From Proteromonas lacertae (taxonomy: Eukaryota), in the NCBI GenBank assembly GCA_002245135.1, contig NGBS01000605.1, positions 1-64,000 of the forward strand: a stretch of DNA of 64,000 nt, in the 5' to 3' direction. Shown piece after piece: positions 37,614 through 52,704 of the stretch; positions within the stretch are counted from its first letter, which is position 1; each line of letters begins with the position of its first letter. The position numbers and the translations under genes were made by a program. The notes below the pieces were generated by a model. The model had not been told where the DNA came from and did not search any database. It saw nothing but the letters and a program-made list of their open reading frames with translations.

Positions 37614-40600
37614 ATGGATTCAAAGGGTGAAATATATTCTGTTGGAATCGATTTTGGTAGTAATTACATAAAATTGGTTGATATCAAGAATAATCAGGTT
37701 CGATTGTTAGAAAACCCTTTATCACACAAGAAAACTCAGTATGACAGTATGCATTTAATTCATTTAGGACAGCTGTTGAATATCGTGGTGAGAATAGGCT
37801 TGCTGGTGATTCTATTTCAAAATTTGTATTTTACAGTAGATATATTATTTAGCCCAGAAAATCAAATACAATTATACCAGGCTGTATAACTATCATTGGC
37901 TTGACAAAAGAAGAAGCTAAAGAAGATCTTGAATTCTTCCATCCCACGTTGATTAAGGGTGATTCAGAGGAAGTTGAATTTATTGTATTTATATTCTTTA
38001 ACTATTTTTGTAGGTTAAATACAAAAAGGATGAAAAAGACGAAAAAAGTGAAAAAATCATTAATCCACTGACCGTCAATTTGCAGTTGATAAAAATGATA
38101 AAGAACAATATAAAAATGTATACAGAAAATGACATTAGAGGAGTACAATATGTAGTTTCATATCCACCATATTACACTGAAAAACAACTAAATTATCTCC
38201 AACAACTGTATTATGTGTCAGGATTACAGAATGTGGAATTATTACCAGAGTATGTAGTTAGTGGATTATGTTATGGTTATGAAAATGACAATAATATTCA
38301 AATAAACAAAGTTGATCAATACATTATTATCGTTGATATGGGTAATGCATGTACAACTTCAACTGTATGTAAATACTCAGAAAGAAAGATGGAAATATTA
38401 TCAACTGCATATAAGAAAATAGGTGGTAGAAATATTGATAAATCGTTGATTGATTATATATATGACAAAATGAGAGGAGAGTTTGAATCTATACCTGAAT
38501 TAAAAGATGATGTTACACTCTATTCAAAGATTAAAAACTCTGTGATTATTAGTAAAGAGAAATTAAGTGCTGATGGTGCAGATACTGTATATGTTGAATA
38601 TTATATTGATTTAGATCTCTTTATCTGTTGAGAATGTAAAAAGTGATGAAGATTTTGAATATGTTTTAAGTACAGATGAAATAAAAAATGAAATACAAAA
38701 GAATGGAATAGATAAACAATTATGCGATGTTGTGAATGAATCAATTGATAAAAGTGGTTTAACTGATGCAGAAAAGAGTAAATTAGAAATAACAATAATA
38801 GGTGGATCTTTAAGAATTCCATATTTAAAACAAAAATTGATTGATTTATTGAAAAGTATTAATGGAAAAGAAAAATTAATTCAAACTATGAATATGGATG
38901 AATCTACAGTAAGAGGATGTGGTTATTATTATTTACAGAAGAATAAAGCATGGGATTATGTAATGGAGAATAGAGTTGTAGATATTAGAATAGAAAAAGT
39001 GAAACATGAAGATGAATTATATGATGATGTAAAAGCTGCTTGGGAAGATGAAAAGAAAATGGAAGGAAAAGATAAAAGGATTAATGAAATATCGAAATAT
39101 AAAAATGATATTGATTCAGCTATGTATTTTTATATAGTATTATATTTATTATAGAAATATGTTCAGTGGTTTGAGAGATGAAGATATAGAAGAAGGTGAT
39201 AAAGAAACAGTAAGTCATTGTTTATTCCAGCTAAGAACATTTGCAGCTACTATCGGCGCTCAATCAGATACTATTTTAGGAATGGTTAAAGAGTTCTATA
39301 AACAATATTGCAGATTATTAAACAAATATGATGAAAGTGTATTTTTTATTACTTATATTATTCTATAGAGAAAAGCAAGAAAGATTGAACTACGATATGC
39401 AATGTATTTATTATTTATGTCATTTTCTTTATAGTGAAACATATAAAAAACAAAGAGATTTAGTGAAACAAGAAATTCAAAAATCAACAATAGATAAAAT
39501 TTCAGAAATTGAAAAGGTGTTGGATAGTAAAGAAGGAGGTTATTCATTGTTGGAAGATTATAATGCCAAGATAAAGGAAGTTCAGAAATATATCAGTTTA
39601 TTACCTGTATATATTCATTGAAAGATATATATTTTCTAGCCACCATCAAAAATTGACTTAAATGCGACAATTGCATTTAATCAGGATCAAATGAAGAATG
39701 AATTGATACAGAAGTTAAATACACAATTGTATGAATGTTATTCTATTTATTCTTTATTATAGTGATGTATTAACTGATATAGATTCATACAATAAAAACT
39801 ATCATGATAGATTTATTGCAATTAAAGATTGGTATGAAAATGTTAGTAATAAATATTCATTATCAGTTGCAGTTCTGAATAACAAAATCAGTGAAATAGA
39901 ATCATTAATTAATTCATATTTTGATGATAGTATTGCTCATCAAGCAGATAGTTATAATCCTGATGATAATTATCCAGTTGTTGCTGAAGAATCTTACAGA
40001 AATATGAATGGAAGTAATATATCAAAAAGAAAGAATACTATTGAAAGGCAAAATGAATTAATAGTATTACAGTCAAGAATGTATATTTATAATATTATGT
40101 TTATGGCTTTAACTTATTAATTAGAACTACTTATGAAACTCTGTTCAATGAAATATCTAATAAAGATTCAACTATTTCTTGTGAATATAGAGATAGTTTG
40201 AATATTTGGTTCGAAAGATGTAAATCAAATCTTAAAGATTATTCATATCAAGAAATTCAGAATAAAGAAAATGAATTATCAGAGAAGATTGAAGAATTAA
40301 GAGTATAATTAGTCATATTTTATTCATAATAGAGAATGAAAGAAATATTGATTTATGGAATTGAAATAGAGAATTATTTAGATGAGATTAAACAATTTTA
40401 TGAAGAAAATAAAATTCAAGATGAAGAAGTATTTCAGCAAATAGTAAAATATAAAAAGAAACTTCATAAACACTCTCTAGATAAATGTACAATGGATTAT
40501 TTGAAAGAAAAAAATGACTCAATTCATGAGAATATAGATCAATATTATTTACCATTAAAATACCAAAAATTGTTGTATATTCTATCGCATATCTTTCAAA

Positions 40601-43083
40601 TAGTGAGAAATATATAAGCAAATATAATGATTATAGTAGTAAGATCGATTTAAAATTTTACAGAAAGAATCATGACAAAATATTAAGTTATCATTTGAAA
40701 TATGAAGCAAAAGATACTGTTTATTTAGAAGATTTAAATAAACAAGTAAAAGCATTAGAAAAAGGATTAGTAAGACTTGATGTATATAATATATATATTA
40801 TTATTACATTGTAGAAAGCAATTGAAGTGGAAGAGAAGAAGAAAGTTGTAATTGAATATTTAAATACATTAAAAGAACACAGTTTTATAAATAATGATGA
40901 TTATAATGTTTATATTATGGAATTAAAAGAATTAACAGAGAAAGATGAAGTAGAAGATAAAATAGATGAAATTAAATCACAATATCATACTTATGATTTA
41001 TATGTTCAGTTTAGAGATGAATTGTATCTTTTTTATTGATATTGTAAATAGAATAAAATATACAAAAGTTATGGATGAAGTTAAGAATCTTATAACAATA
41101 AAGAATGTTAAAATAGATAAAGGAGTAATAGATGTTTATGAGAAAAAGAAATCCGAATATGAAAGCTTTTTTGCTAGAATAGATATATCGAAAATGGAAC
41201 AAAAAGAAATATCAGATAAAACTAATGAAATAATGAAGAAAACTAAAAGACTTGAAGTATTGCTTTTATTTTTATATGAAATAGAAAATACTATATAATT
41301 TCAATAAAAGAGAAGAACTATTAAAAGAATTGTATTAATTATAATAGATATTGTTTTGTAATAGACCTCCATTATCAGAAGGAAATGAGAAATGGTCAAA
41401 AGAATCTGTAGATTATTCTAATGGTCAAATGGGTGATTTTATTAAGAGGTTAGATAACATTGATATCTCTGATACTGATGAATTTGAATCACTTGAAGAA
41501 GAAATTACAAAAGAATTAAAACATTATAATCTGTATAAAGATGTGATAAAGAAGATGTATAGAATAGATTGAATTTACAATTATAATAGATATGAAGTGG
41601 AAAGATTATATAGAAAATACAAATTTACTCATATGAAGGGATTAATTGACAAAAATATGAAATGGCCAAATGAACATTCTTATCGAGAGACATTAAATGA
41701 TGAATTAGAAAAGAAAGAAAAAGAACTTGATAAATTGATAAATAGAATTAAAGTATATAAATAATTAATGTTATTTATTTATTAGAGAACAAAAGAAAGA
41801 GTAAAGCTGAAAGAATTTTATGAAATTTTTATGTATTTTTTTTTATATATTATAATATATTAGTGACATTAATTGTGTAGATTCAAAACAGAAAGAGAAA
41901 TATTCAAAAGAATTAGAAGAGATTGATCCAACTGAACAAGAATCAGAAAATGAGTTTAATTTATTAAAACAAAGATTGGAACAAGAATTAGGAATAAAAA
42001 TAGAAGAAGAGATTAGTGATAATGAAGATGATGATAATTTACCAATTCAAGCAGAAAATAGTAATCATCAACAACTAAAAATTACTCCGCCAGTTAATTA
42101 TAACTCTCTTCAAAGTGAAACTAATGTTAATCAAGCAGCAGATAATGGTTTAAATAATCAACCTCCAAATAATGGTTTAAATAATCAACCTCCAAATAAT
42201 GGTTTAAATAATCAACTTTCAAATAATGGTTTAAATAATCAACCTCCAAATAATGGTTTAAATAATCAACCTCCAAATAATGGTTTAAATAATCAACCTC
42301 CAAATAATGGTTTAAATAATCAACCTCCAAATAATGGTTTAAATAATCAACCTCCAAATAATGGTTTAAATAATCAACCTCCAAATAATGGTTTAAATAA
42401 TCAACTTTCAAATAATGGTTCAAATAATCAACTTTCAAATAATCCTAATCAATCACAACCTCAAGTTGCTTATCTTATTCCAAAATGTATATTTTTGATT
42501 TTTATTATAGTCACCACAATACAATTATTATATTTCTTCACTTCCATTGATTAAAGCAGATATTCATAATATTCAACTTATTCTATATTGTTTTAATGAT
42601 TTAGGAATGAAAAAGAAAATCCCAGAATTATATAATACTATTAATTCACTTCCTAATCAAAATCCAACAAATCAAAATTATGAAGTATTCATGAAATGTG
42701 TTGATGAAATGAATGAAATCATTGGATTTATTAAGACTATATTACAATATTACATGTATATTTGTATATTAGTGTATATGAATAGAGATGTTGTAGGGAA
42801 AATCAATAAATTTTCAACACAACAGTATTTACCTTTATTAAATCAAAATTCAATAAAAGTATATGATTATTGTGTTGCAATTAAATCGTTGTGTGATTTG
42901 AAAGTTAAACTTGAAAATCCTCAACCACAACCACAATATCCACAACAACAACAGATTCAAACACTACAACAATACCAACAACAACAACAATATGTACAAA
43001 CACAACCACAATATCTACCAACTCAGCAACAGTATCCACAACAACAATACAATCATAATTATCAACCACCACCTTACAAATAA
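37614..43083 (+). CDS. Hsp110-like gene A: NBD joined directly to lid helix, long helical extension and N/Q/P-rich tail; many introns
   Basis: GIDFGS, LENPLSHKKT, SYPPYY, DMGN, GGRNID, KEKLSADG, IIGGSLRIP, TMNMDE, then EKKMEGKD.....KYKNDID. Exon joins inferred by eye. Confidence 0.72.
42141..42437 (+). repeat. Coding minisatellite, 11 x 27 bp, encoding (NNGLNNQPP/LS)n
   Basis: Unit aataatggtttaaataatcaacctcca is directly visible; variant units 3, 10 and 11 end in ctttca. Confidence 0.97.
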
Positions 43084-43259
43084 TCAATAAATAGAATTAA
43101 TTCCATCTATCTTATTCTCTTATTTTATTCATTTTTTTTGTATTGTAATGTATATGTAGTTGTGTGTAAAACATATATATCTATATTTAACACTTTGTAC
43201 ATAAAATTTTATGTAAATACTTCATCAAGCAAAGCTTGGATTAAAAATGTTAAGAAGAA

Positions 43260-46200
43260 ATGGCATTCTACGCAATTGGAATAAATATTGGTGGATATAA
43301 TTTCAGTGTAGTTGAAGGGGTGTATTCAAATGGAATGAATTTCCATATTATCGAAAATGCATTATCTCAAAAATTAACCAAGTATTTTAAACACTTTTAA
43401 ATATATAGAGCTGTTATTGAGTATAAAGAAAATATTAGACATGTTGGTTATAACATTTCAACACCAGTATTTGTTCTTCTCTCTATTATTTAGGGAAGAA
43501 GAAGTAGAAATGTGTTCACATCTCCAAAAAGTATATTGGGATTAAACAAAGATGAATCTGTCGAAGATGTGAAGTATTTTCCTTCAATCCAAGTAGTTGG
43601 TGCAGCTGAACATCCTGATGTTGATATTCAAGAATTCCGATTGAATTTCTTAGGAAATGATAAATTTGTGAATAGTTTCCAGATTTATATTTCTTTTATA
43701 AAATTCTTGAATGAAATGATAAAGAATGTAGGAAATGAAGTGACTGAATATGTAATATCTGTATATATAATATATAATATAATAATAATAAATAGTATCC
43801 TCCCTATTATAATGAAAAACAATTATTGAGTTTAAAAGAATTATTAAAAGAATTGAATGTGAGTAAAACAACAAGATTAATTCCTGAATATATAGCAAGT
43901 GGATTATGTTATGGATATGAGAATAATGATCGATTAAAGAGTAATGGAGTAAGTGAAATAATCACAATAATTGATATGGGTTATATTTGTAGTAGTTGTA
44001 GTATATTCAAATATGAGAATGATGAAATGAAATTGTGTTTAAACAAAAATGAAAAATTAGGAGGTCGAGATATAGATAAAGTATTAATGGAATATATATA
44101 TGATAAAATGAAGATAGTATGTGGTGATTTAAAAGATTTATATGAAGATTTCAGTTTATATAAAAAGATTGAGAAGAGTATAATAAACTGTAAAGAGAAG
44201 TTAAGTGCAGATGGAGCTGATGAGATAATGTTAAGTGTTGAATCGTTTTATGAAGATGAAGATTTTGAAACAACCTTAACTGTTGATGATTTAAACAAAT
44301 TATTGAAAGCAAATGGATTTGATGAAAGATTAAAGAATTTAGTTTATGAAACAATAAAAGAAAGTGGATTAAATGAAGAAGAAGTAAAAAAGTTAGAAAT
44401 TGTAATAATAGGTGGAAGTATGAGAATTCCTTTATTCAAAACCAAACTATTAGAATTATTAGAAGAGACAAATGGAAAAGATAAACTAATTCAGACCTTA
44501 AATATGGATGAGAATGATGCTTATGGATGTTGTTATTATGGTGGAATAAAAACTGAAAAATGGAAATATAAGATAGAAAACTTTAAAGAAAAGACTTTAT
44601 TTGAATCAGATGAGAGAATTAGAGAAATAATAAACGAAAGTTTAGAAAAAGATAAAGAAATGGAAGAAGAAGATAATAAAACGAAGAGAAACAGTAGTTA
44701 TCGAAATGAACTGGAAGGAATAAAGTATATTTCATTATATAAATATATTTGAACAGATTTCAATTAAAATCCAAAGTGAATGTTATAGAAGAAGATGATG
44801 AATCTCTATATAGAAAATGTATGAATGAAATAGAGAGAATATTAAAGTATAAAGATAATTCGTTTGAAGATCATTATAAACAATTTGCGGAAGAATATGA
44901 TGAAAAGCTTATATATAAATACCTGAAAACTGTATATTATATATGTCTAATTATATAATAGTATACTTCTCTACACGTAGAAGATATTTCCAACATTAAC
45001 ATTCATCCATTATAGTATATATTTATTTCATTACTATGATGAATAGTTGTAAAATAATGGAGATGTATGAAGGATGGAAAATAGAAATTGAAAAAGTTGA
45101 AACATTAAAAGAAGAATATAGCAAGAATCCACAGTTAAATAGTCAGCAAATTATTAATTTGAAACAGTTAAGCGAAGTTTATGCAATTGCTAATTCTGGT
45201 TTTGAAAATAATTATCATGAAAAGGAGCTACTAGAATTGAAGTATTATGATAATAATATATTAACATAGAGAGAAATATGAAAATGTATTTAACAGCCTA
45301 TCACAAATGGTTGAAATAGAATGTGATAGTTTTACTGAATTTAAAGAATGGTTATACAATTATTGCAATAGGAAGGTAATAATGGTGAATGAAGAGGTTG
45401 AACTAAAAGAAGATGAGATAAAAAAAGAGATTAAACATTTGAAAGTAGTAATACCTTTATATAAAGAGATTAATTCATTAATGTATATTATATGAATTTA
45501 TTATAATAGAAATGATATAATGAAGTACTTGCCTTTATATTATCCTCAACATCAAATAGCTGAGTATTATTCTAAAAATATAGGGAAAATAAAATATGAA
45601 AATAAAAATACAAACAGCGAAGTTCATGAAAATGAAGATCCAGAAAGTAAAATTATAAAAATATTAACGGAAATACATACAAAATTGAATGATATGATAA
45701 AAGATGATAAAGATTTTTATAAAAGTAAATACATGATAATAAAGTATATTTACTATTATTATATATTTATAGAGAAGAAATAGATTATTTAGTGGATATT
45801 GATGAGTTAGCAACTCATTGTCAACCAACTACCACAGTATTGTCAAAAACATATTCAAATAAAGATATTCTATTATATCAAAAATTGTTAATTAAAGATC
45901 TAGATGCTGTTTCATTGGATGAATTGAAATCAAAATCAGCTGATTATGAGCAATATTTATCAATAATGAAAGAAAGAGAAAAGAAGAATAATGATAAAAA
46001 CACATTGATAGAATTGCTGTATATAAATATTAATTGATATGTTGTTATTTAGAGAAAATATGGCAAAATTATATCCACATATGAAAGATACAGTACAAGC
46101 TGATATAAAACAATTGAAGGATATAATAGGATATAAATTAGATCGTGATGAGTATGATGAAACAAAGAAGAAATATCAAAAGAAATATGAAATAGGATTA

Positions 46201-48011
46201 ACAAATTACAAAACATATCAGAAATTGAATGATATATTCATATTATTACAAGAATTAAATGAGTTTGGTGATAGGTATAATGAATATTATAAAGAATACA
46301 GAAACAATAATGCTAATAATATATCAAATACAATGCTGTTAGATAAGCTGGATAAACTGTATGAAGAAATGATAGACAAGAAGAACTATTATGAAGAGTT
46401 TAATGTTTTAGTTGATAAATTGTGTTATATAAGACATACTACAATTAAGTGTGATATATTAAAGAGAAAAGCTAGTGAATTATATACTGTAATAGAAACA
46501 AACAACATAGATAAGGTAAAGAATAATAAAGAAATAGTAAGTAAAGCAAAAAAGATAGTCAAGTTTTATGAATGTCTTTCATCAATGAGAAACATAAAGT
46601 ATTTTTATTGTATTTATTTTCATTTATAGAAGAGAATTTGCTGAAGTGTATTTCTGTCTAAAAAAGATATTACCTATTGAAGAGTATTATGAAGAAAAAT
46701 ATAATGAGATTATAAATTACATAAATGTAATAAATGACGAAGAGTTGAAAGTGGATGAATCATACTATGAGAGAATAAAGAAATATAATGAAGAGATTAA
46801 AGTATTAATTCTTCTTATTATGTGTGAATAGATTGCAGATAGAGTTTATTTTATGAAAAATGGAATTATGAAATTGTTAGATGCATATGGTGAAATTGAA
46901 GAAAGAAAAGAAATAGAAGATATAAATCCTGTTGATAATACTAATAGTATAATATCTATTAATAAGATAATATACAAATTACATCATAAATACAATATAT
47001 CATATGAAGATATTAACAATTCAATTCAAAACATAATTAAAGATAATACAGAGTATATTGAGTTGTATAACAAATATTGTGTTAAAGAAGTATTGTCAAA
47101 AGTAGTAGAATATATAAAATATTCTGATATATTGCCTATAATAAATAATATAAATCAATTTATTGTAGATGATAGAAATAATTTCATCAAAGATTATATT
47201 GAAGCTTATCATATTCTTAGAAGAATGCATTTCAACTACAAAGATCTTCATGTATATATATTTTATTTATAAACATACATAGAATGAATTACATAATATA
47301 GTTGAAAGTAAATTTGAGGATAAAAGAATAGCAGATAAATGTGTTTTTAAACAATACTTTAATGATGAATCAATACCAATAGGAAAATATTTGGAAATAT
47401 TAGATGATATTAAAAGAATTGAACAATCATTAATCATTATTCAACCACCACCACCTCATCCTCCTCCTCCTCAACAACAACAACAATATCAACAACAACA
47501 ATATCAACAACAAATGGACTTAACTCAGCCAGAACAATTTGTACCTCTACCATTAGAAAATTCACTACCACAACAACTGGATTTTCCAATTCTACAACCT
47601 CAATCTTCAGATCTTCAACCATTATTGCCACTGCCATCAGAAAACTCACAACAATCATCATTACCTCAACTAGAACCAAAACAGCAATTTATAAAAACAA
47701 GTAATAAGTTTATTAACATAAAAAATAAAATGGAAAATGATAGTAAGTCAGTACAATATACACATTCAGATATACTTCCTGAACAATCATCTACGTATTT
47801 TAATTTAAGCAGAAGTGTTCCTATAAATAACAGTAAAGCAGATAATGAAATAGAGAAAAATTATGATAAACAAAAAGATGAAATTGAAGATAAAACTGAA
47901 GTTATTCCACTAAAAAAATACAAAAAACCTAATCTTCTGATAATTCAGAATAAAAAAGATAACCTTGTAATTCCACAAGATGAAATAGAACAAGTAAATA
48001 GTAAAAGATAA
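43260..48011 (+). CDS. Hsp110-like gene B: NBD + lid helix, no beta-sandwich, long helical extension and P/Q-rich tail
   Basis: GINIGGYN, IENALSQKLT, SYPPYY, DMGY, GGRDID, KEKLSADG, IIGGSMRIP, TLNMDE, DKEMEEED.....YRNELE. 3' end approximate. Confidence 0.72.
43350..44741 (+). repeat. Left arm of a ~1.39-kb near-identical inverted repeat (partner 50051-51448)
   Basis: From atcgaaaatgc to aagtatatttcattatata the sequence matches the reverse complement of 50051-51448, introns included. Confidence 0.93.
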
Positions 48012-48164
48012 AACATTGTATTGAGAAGTAAATACTTTAGCGAATAAACAAGATGAATATAGTCACACTCAGTAGAAGAAGGAAGATATAACAGAGGATC
48101 AGAAGGAAGTTATTACTTTAACTAAGAGTATAAAACTCAAAATTATTGATATTGTTTTTTGGAA

Positions 48165-51100
48165 TTAACAAAAACAAATTAAACATAATAAAATCATTTT
48201 CATAATTAGATTTGAATTAAATCTAATTAGAATCTGGAGAGGTAAAACAGAAGTTGCTTGACTGAGTGGGGAAGGTATATCAATGTGTTTAGTTGCAGAA
48301 GAAGAACTAGGATTTGGAGTATTAGGAATTGACATTTTTAAATCATGATTTTTAGCTATTTTCTTAACCTCATTGTACAATTCTTTAAATCATTCATCAT
48401 TATCATAATCATCGACTATTTGCTTCATTAGTTTTGTTACAGAATTCATCGTACTTTTGTTTTTTCATCAGAAGGAAATGTTTCTGTATTTCTTTTCTTG
48501 TTTAATTCAGATTTGAATTTCAAAATGCTTACATGTTTCTATATAATAATACCATTAATATATATATATATATATATACACTATATCTATTATTTAATTT
48601 TTTAATTTTATCAATCACTTTCTGGATTTCAATTGATGATTTATTATCAATTTCTTTTGAGAAATCATCAACACTATTGATCGATTTTGATCTATCAATT
48701 CCATATTCTTTCAATTCTTCTATTTTTACTTTTAATTCATTCCTATTAATTATTTAATAAAATCAAATACAATATCTTTTCAAATTCATATTTCGATATT
48801 ATTAAAGTATATTTCTCTTGATAATGATTATATTTATCATTCAATTCTCCTTCATTTAAATTGTAAGGAGTAAGACTTCTTAAACTATTAATTGTAATTT
48901 CAATTTCATTTTTTTCTATAGGATTTTTTATCTTTATCTTATTTAACAATGAATTTCTATATAAAAGAATATTTCTAAAAACTAATACAAAAAATCAATT
49001 AACTTATTCTTTATATCATTTGCTCTTTTTCTCATTTCTAATTTATCTATTGTATATTGAAGGTAATTAATTGCATCTCTTCTTTCCTCATCTGAACAAC
49101 CATTATTCAATTTTGTAATACACTGTAATAGTGTATTTTGTGATTTATTAAGAATTGAAGGTATAAGACAAGATTGTGTCATTATTTCTCTATATTTACC
49201 ATCAGTCTGTAAATCAGTAATTCTCTTACTATTGAATATAATGAAATTATGAATATTATACATCAAAGTATTCTGTTCTTCAAGACTATACTTCATTTCA
49301 GCATCTTCAATATCTCTTTGGAGTTTTTCATAATCATCAATCTTACTATCATTTTCTTCATTTAATTCATCAAATTTCTTTTGAAGTGGAGTTAAATATT
49401 CTTTTTGATCTGCAAATGCAATAAATGTGGATAAAAGTGTTCTAAAAATAAAAATATAAGCTATATTAATACAGTTTATCATAAACCTGTAAGATTTTAT
49501 CTAATTTCAATGATTCTTTTGCAATTCTTGATTTTAAATCACTAATTTCTTCAACTGTTGGTTTCTTGTTTTTATATGTATAATCACTTACAACATTATC
49601 TAATTCAAATTGAAATCTGTTTGATAAATTTGGAATTGATTTCTTTAACATATCCAACTTATCGCTGTATAATGTACTATTCAATTAAATACTAGTTTTA
49701 GATTATACATTGATGAAATTAATTCTCCTATTAACGGTATTACTAATTGTAAATCTTAAACTATTCCTATTTCTCCTATTCATTATTGATTGATTCATCT
49801 TCATTTCATCATTGGATTTCTTCTCAGATTCAACTTTTATAGTTGATGATATTGATAGTCTTAAATTTAAATGTTTGAAGATAAAATCACCATAATTCTT
49901 ATCAAAATCTCTGTAGTGATTTTCAAATGTGTTATTCTTTACATTTAATATTCTTATTATTTCATCAAGACAATTTTTTAACATATTACCCTCAACTTTG
50001 TTTTTATCTAATTTAAGTAATTGAAATCTATTGATATTATATATATATATATATAATGAAATATACTTTATTCCTTCCAGTTCATTTCGATAACTACTGT
50101 TTCTCTTCGTTTTATTATCTTCTTCTTCCATTTCTTTATCTTTTTCTAAACTTTCGTTTTATTATTTCTCTAATTCTCTCATCTGAGTCAAATAAAGTCT
50201 TTTCTTCGAAAGTTTTCTATCTTATATTTCCATTTTTCAGTTTTTATTCCACCATAATAACAACATCCATAAGCATCATTCTCATCCATATTTAAGGTCT
50301 GAATTAGTTTATCTTTTCCATTTGTCTCTTTTAATAATTCTAATAGTTTGGTTTTGAATAAAGGAATTCTCATACTTCCACCTATTATTACAATTTCTAA
50401 CTTTTTTACTTCTTCTTCATTTAATCCACTTTCTTTTATTGTTTCACGAACTAAATTCTTTAATCTTTCATCAAATCCATTTTCTTTCAATAATTTGTTT
50501 AAATCATCAACAGTTAAGGTTGTTTCAAAATCTTCATCTTCATAAAACGATTCAACACTTAACATTATCTCATCAGCTCCATCTGCACTTAACTTCTCTT
50601 TACAGTTTATTATACTCTTCTCAATCTTTTTATATAAACTGAAATCTTCATATAAATCTTTTAAATCACCACATACTATCTTCATTTTATCATATATATA
50701 TTCCATTAATACTTTATCTATATCTCGACCTCCTAATTTTTCATTTTTGTTTAAACACAATTTCATTTCATCATTCTCATATTTCAATATACTACAACTA
50801 CTACAAATATAACCCATATCAATTATTGTGATTATTTCACTTACTCCATTACTCTTTAATCGATCATTATTCTCATATCCATAACATAATCCACTTGCTA
50901 TATATTCAGGAATTAATCTTGTTGTTTTACTCACATTCAATTCTTTTAATAATTCTTTTAAACTCAATAATTGTTTTTCATTATAATAGGGAGGATACTA
51001 TTTATTATTATTATATTATATTATATATTATATATACAGATATTACATATTCAGTCACTTCATTTCCTACATTCTTTATCATTTCATTCAAGAATTTTAT

Positions 51101-51538
51101 AAAAGAAATATAAATCTGGAAACTATTCACAAATTTATCATTTCCTAAGAAATTCAATCGGAATTCTTGAATATCAACATCAGGATGTTCAGCTGCACCA
51201 ACTACTTGGATTGAAGGAAAATACTTCACATCTTCAACACATTCATCTTTGTTTAATCCCAATATACTTTTTGGAGATGTGAACACATTTCTACTTCTTC
51301 TTCCCTAAATAATAGAGAGAAGAACAAATACTGGTGTTGAAATGTTATAACCAACATGTCTAATATTTTCTTTATACTCAATAACAGCTCTATATATTTA
51401 AATGTGTTTAAAATACTTGGTTAATTTTTGAGATAACGCATTTTCGATCAAATGACTATGAAAACCATTCAAGTCAACTCCTTCAACAACACTCATGTTA
51501 TAGCCACCCAAATTAATACCAGCAATAGCTTTTGACAT
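48165..51538 (-). CDS. Hsp110-like gene C, convergent with B; shorter, dissimilar tail; apparent homopolymer frameshifts
   Basis: NBD exons nearly identical to gene B; start MSKAIAGINLGGYN. 3' end approximate. Confidence 0.7.
50051..51448 (-). repeat. Right arm of the ~1.39-kb inverted repeat (partner 43350-44741)
   Basis: ORFs 43826-44752 and 50188-50967, and 43512-43829 and 51011-51286, differ at only a few residues. Confidence 0.93.
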
Positions 51539-52068
51539 TTTAAAAAAGATCTCAAACTATCAAGCCAAAATTATTGTTGTATTTACAGTAGAAAAGAACA
51601 TGATTTAAGAATAGATATTGTGTTATTGAGTGTATGCTCATGTAAATATTAGATTTCAGAGATGTTTTAAGAATAAAACACTTTTCATTTTGTTGAATTA
51701 AACAGATATTAAGTGTAATAAGTAATATTCATGATTTTTAACATCATAATATCCTATTCAACACTACATTTGATTAAAAGACGTAATTAATGTTGATAAT
51801 GAACGAATGTTTTCTGACTGTTTCATTCTTACATTCTGATATTCCACGCAAATTTGTAGAATGTAATAAAATTCTTATCAGACGGAATTAAGTCTACAAA
51901 AAATGAATGACTGAACATATTTTCTTCTTGATTATCATAGAAATTTATTGATAACTATACTATAGCATTCTTAATTAAAAAAGTAAATTATACTCTCTAC
52001 ATTTGTTTTATTCCTCTTTTTCTTGCTATTTTAAAAACTTTTCATCATACTATATTATTATAGAGAAT

Positions 52069-52582
<514 letters not shown>

Positions 52583-52704
52583 ATTTGATTAAAATTGAAC
52601 ATGCTATAGTTATATAAAAAAATAATGTGTTTCTTGGGTTTGAGATCATTTTAGTAACAAACAAAATATTGAAAGGTAAAGAAATATTTGTCATTTAATT
52701 ATGA

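Noticed and set aside
42141..42437. Regular repeat resembling a CRISPR array; minus-strand ORF 42127-42438
   Set aside because: No spacers; contiguous 27-bp coding units in a eukaryotic exon. The antisense ORF is a shadow of the repeat.
43350..51448. Inverted repeat as transposon terminal inverted repeats
   Set aside because: The arms are internal parts of two chaperone genes; no transposase or target-site duplication is visible.
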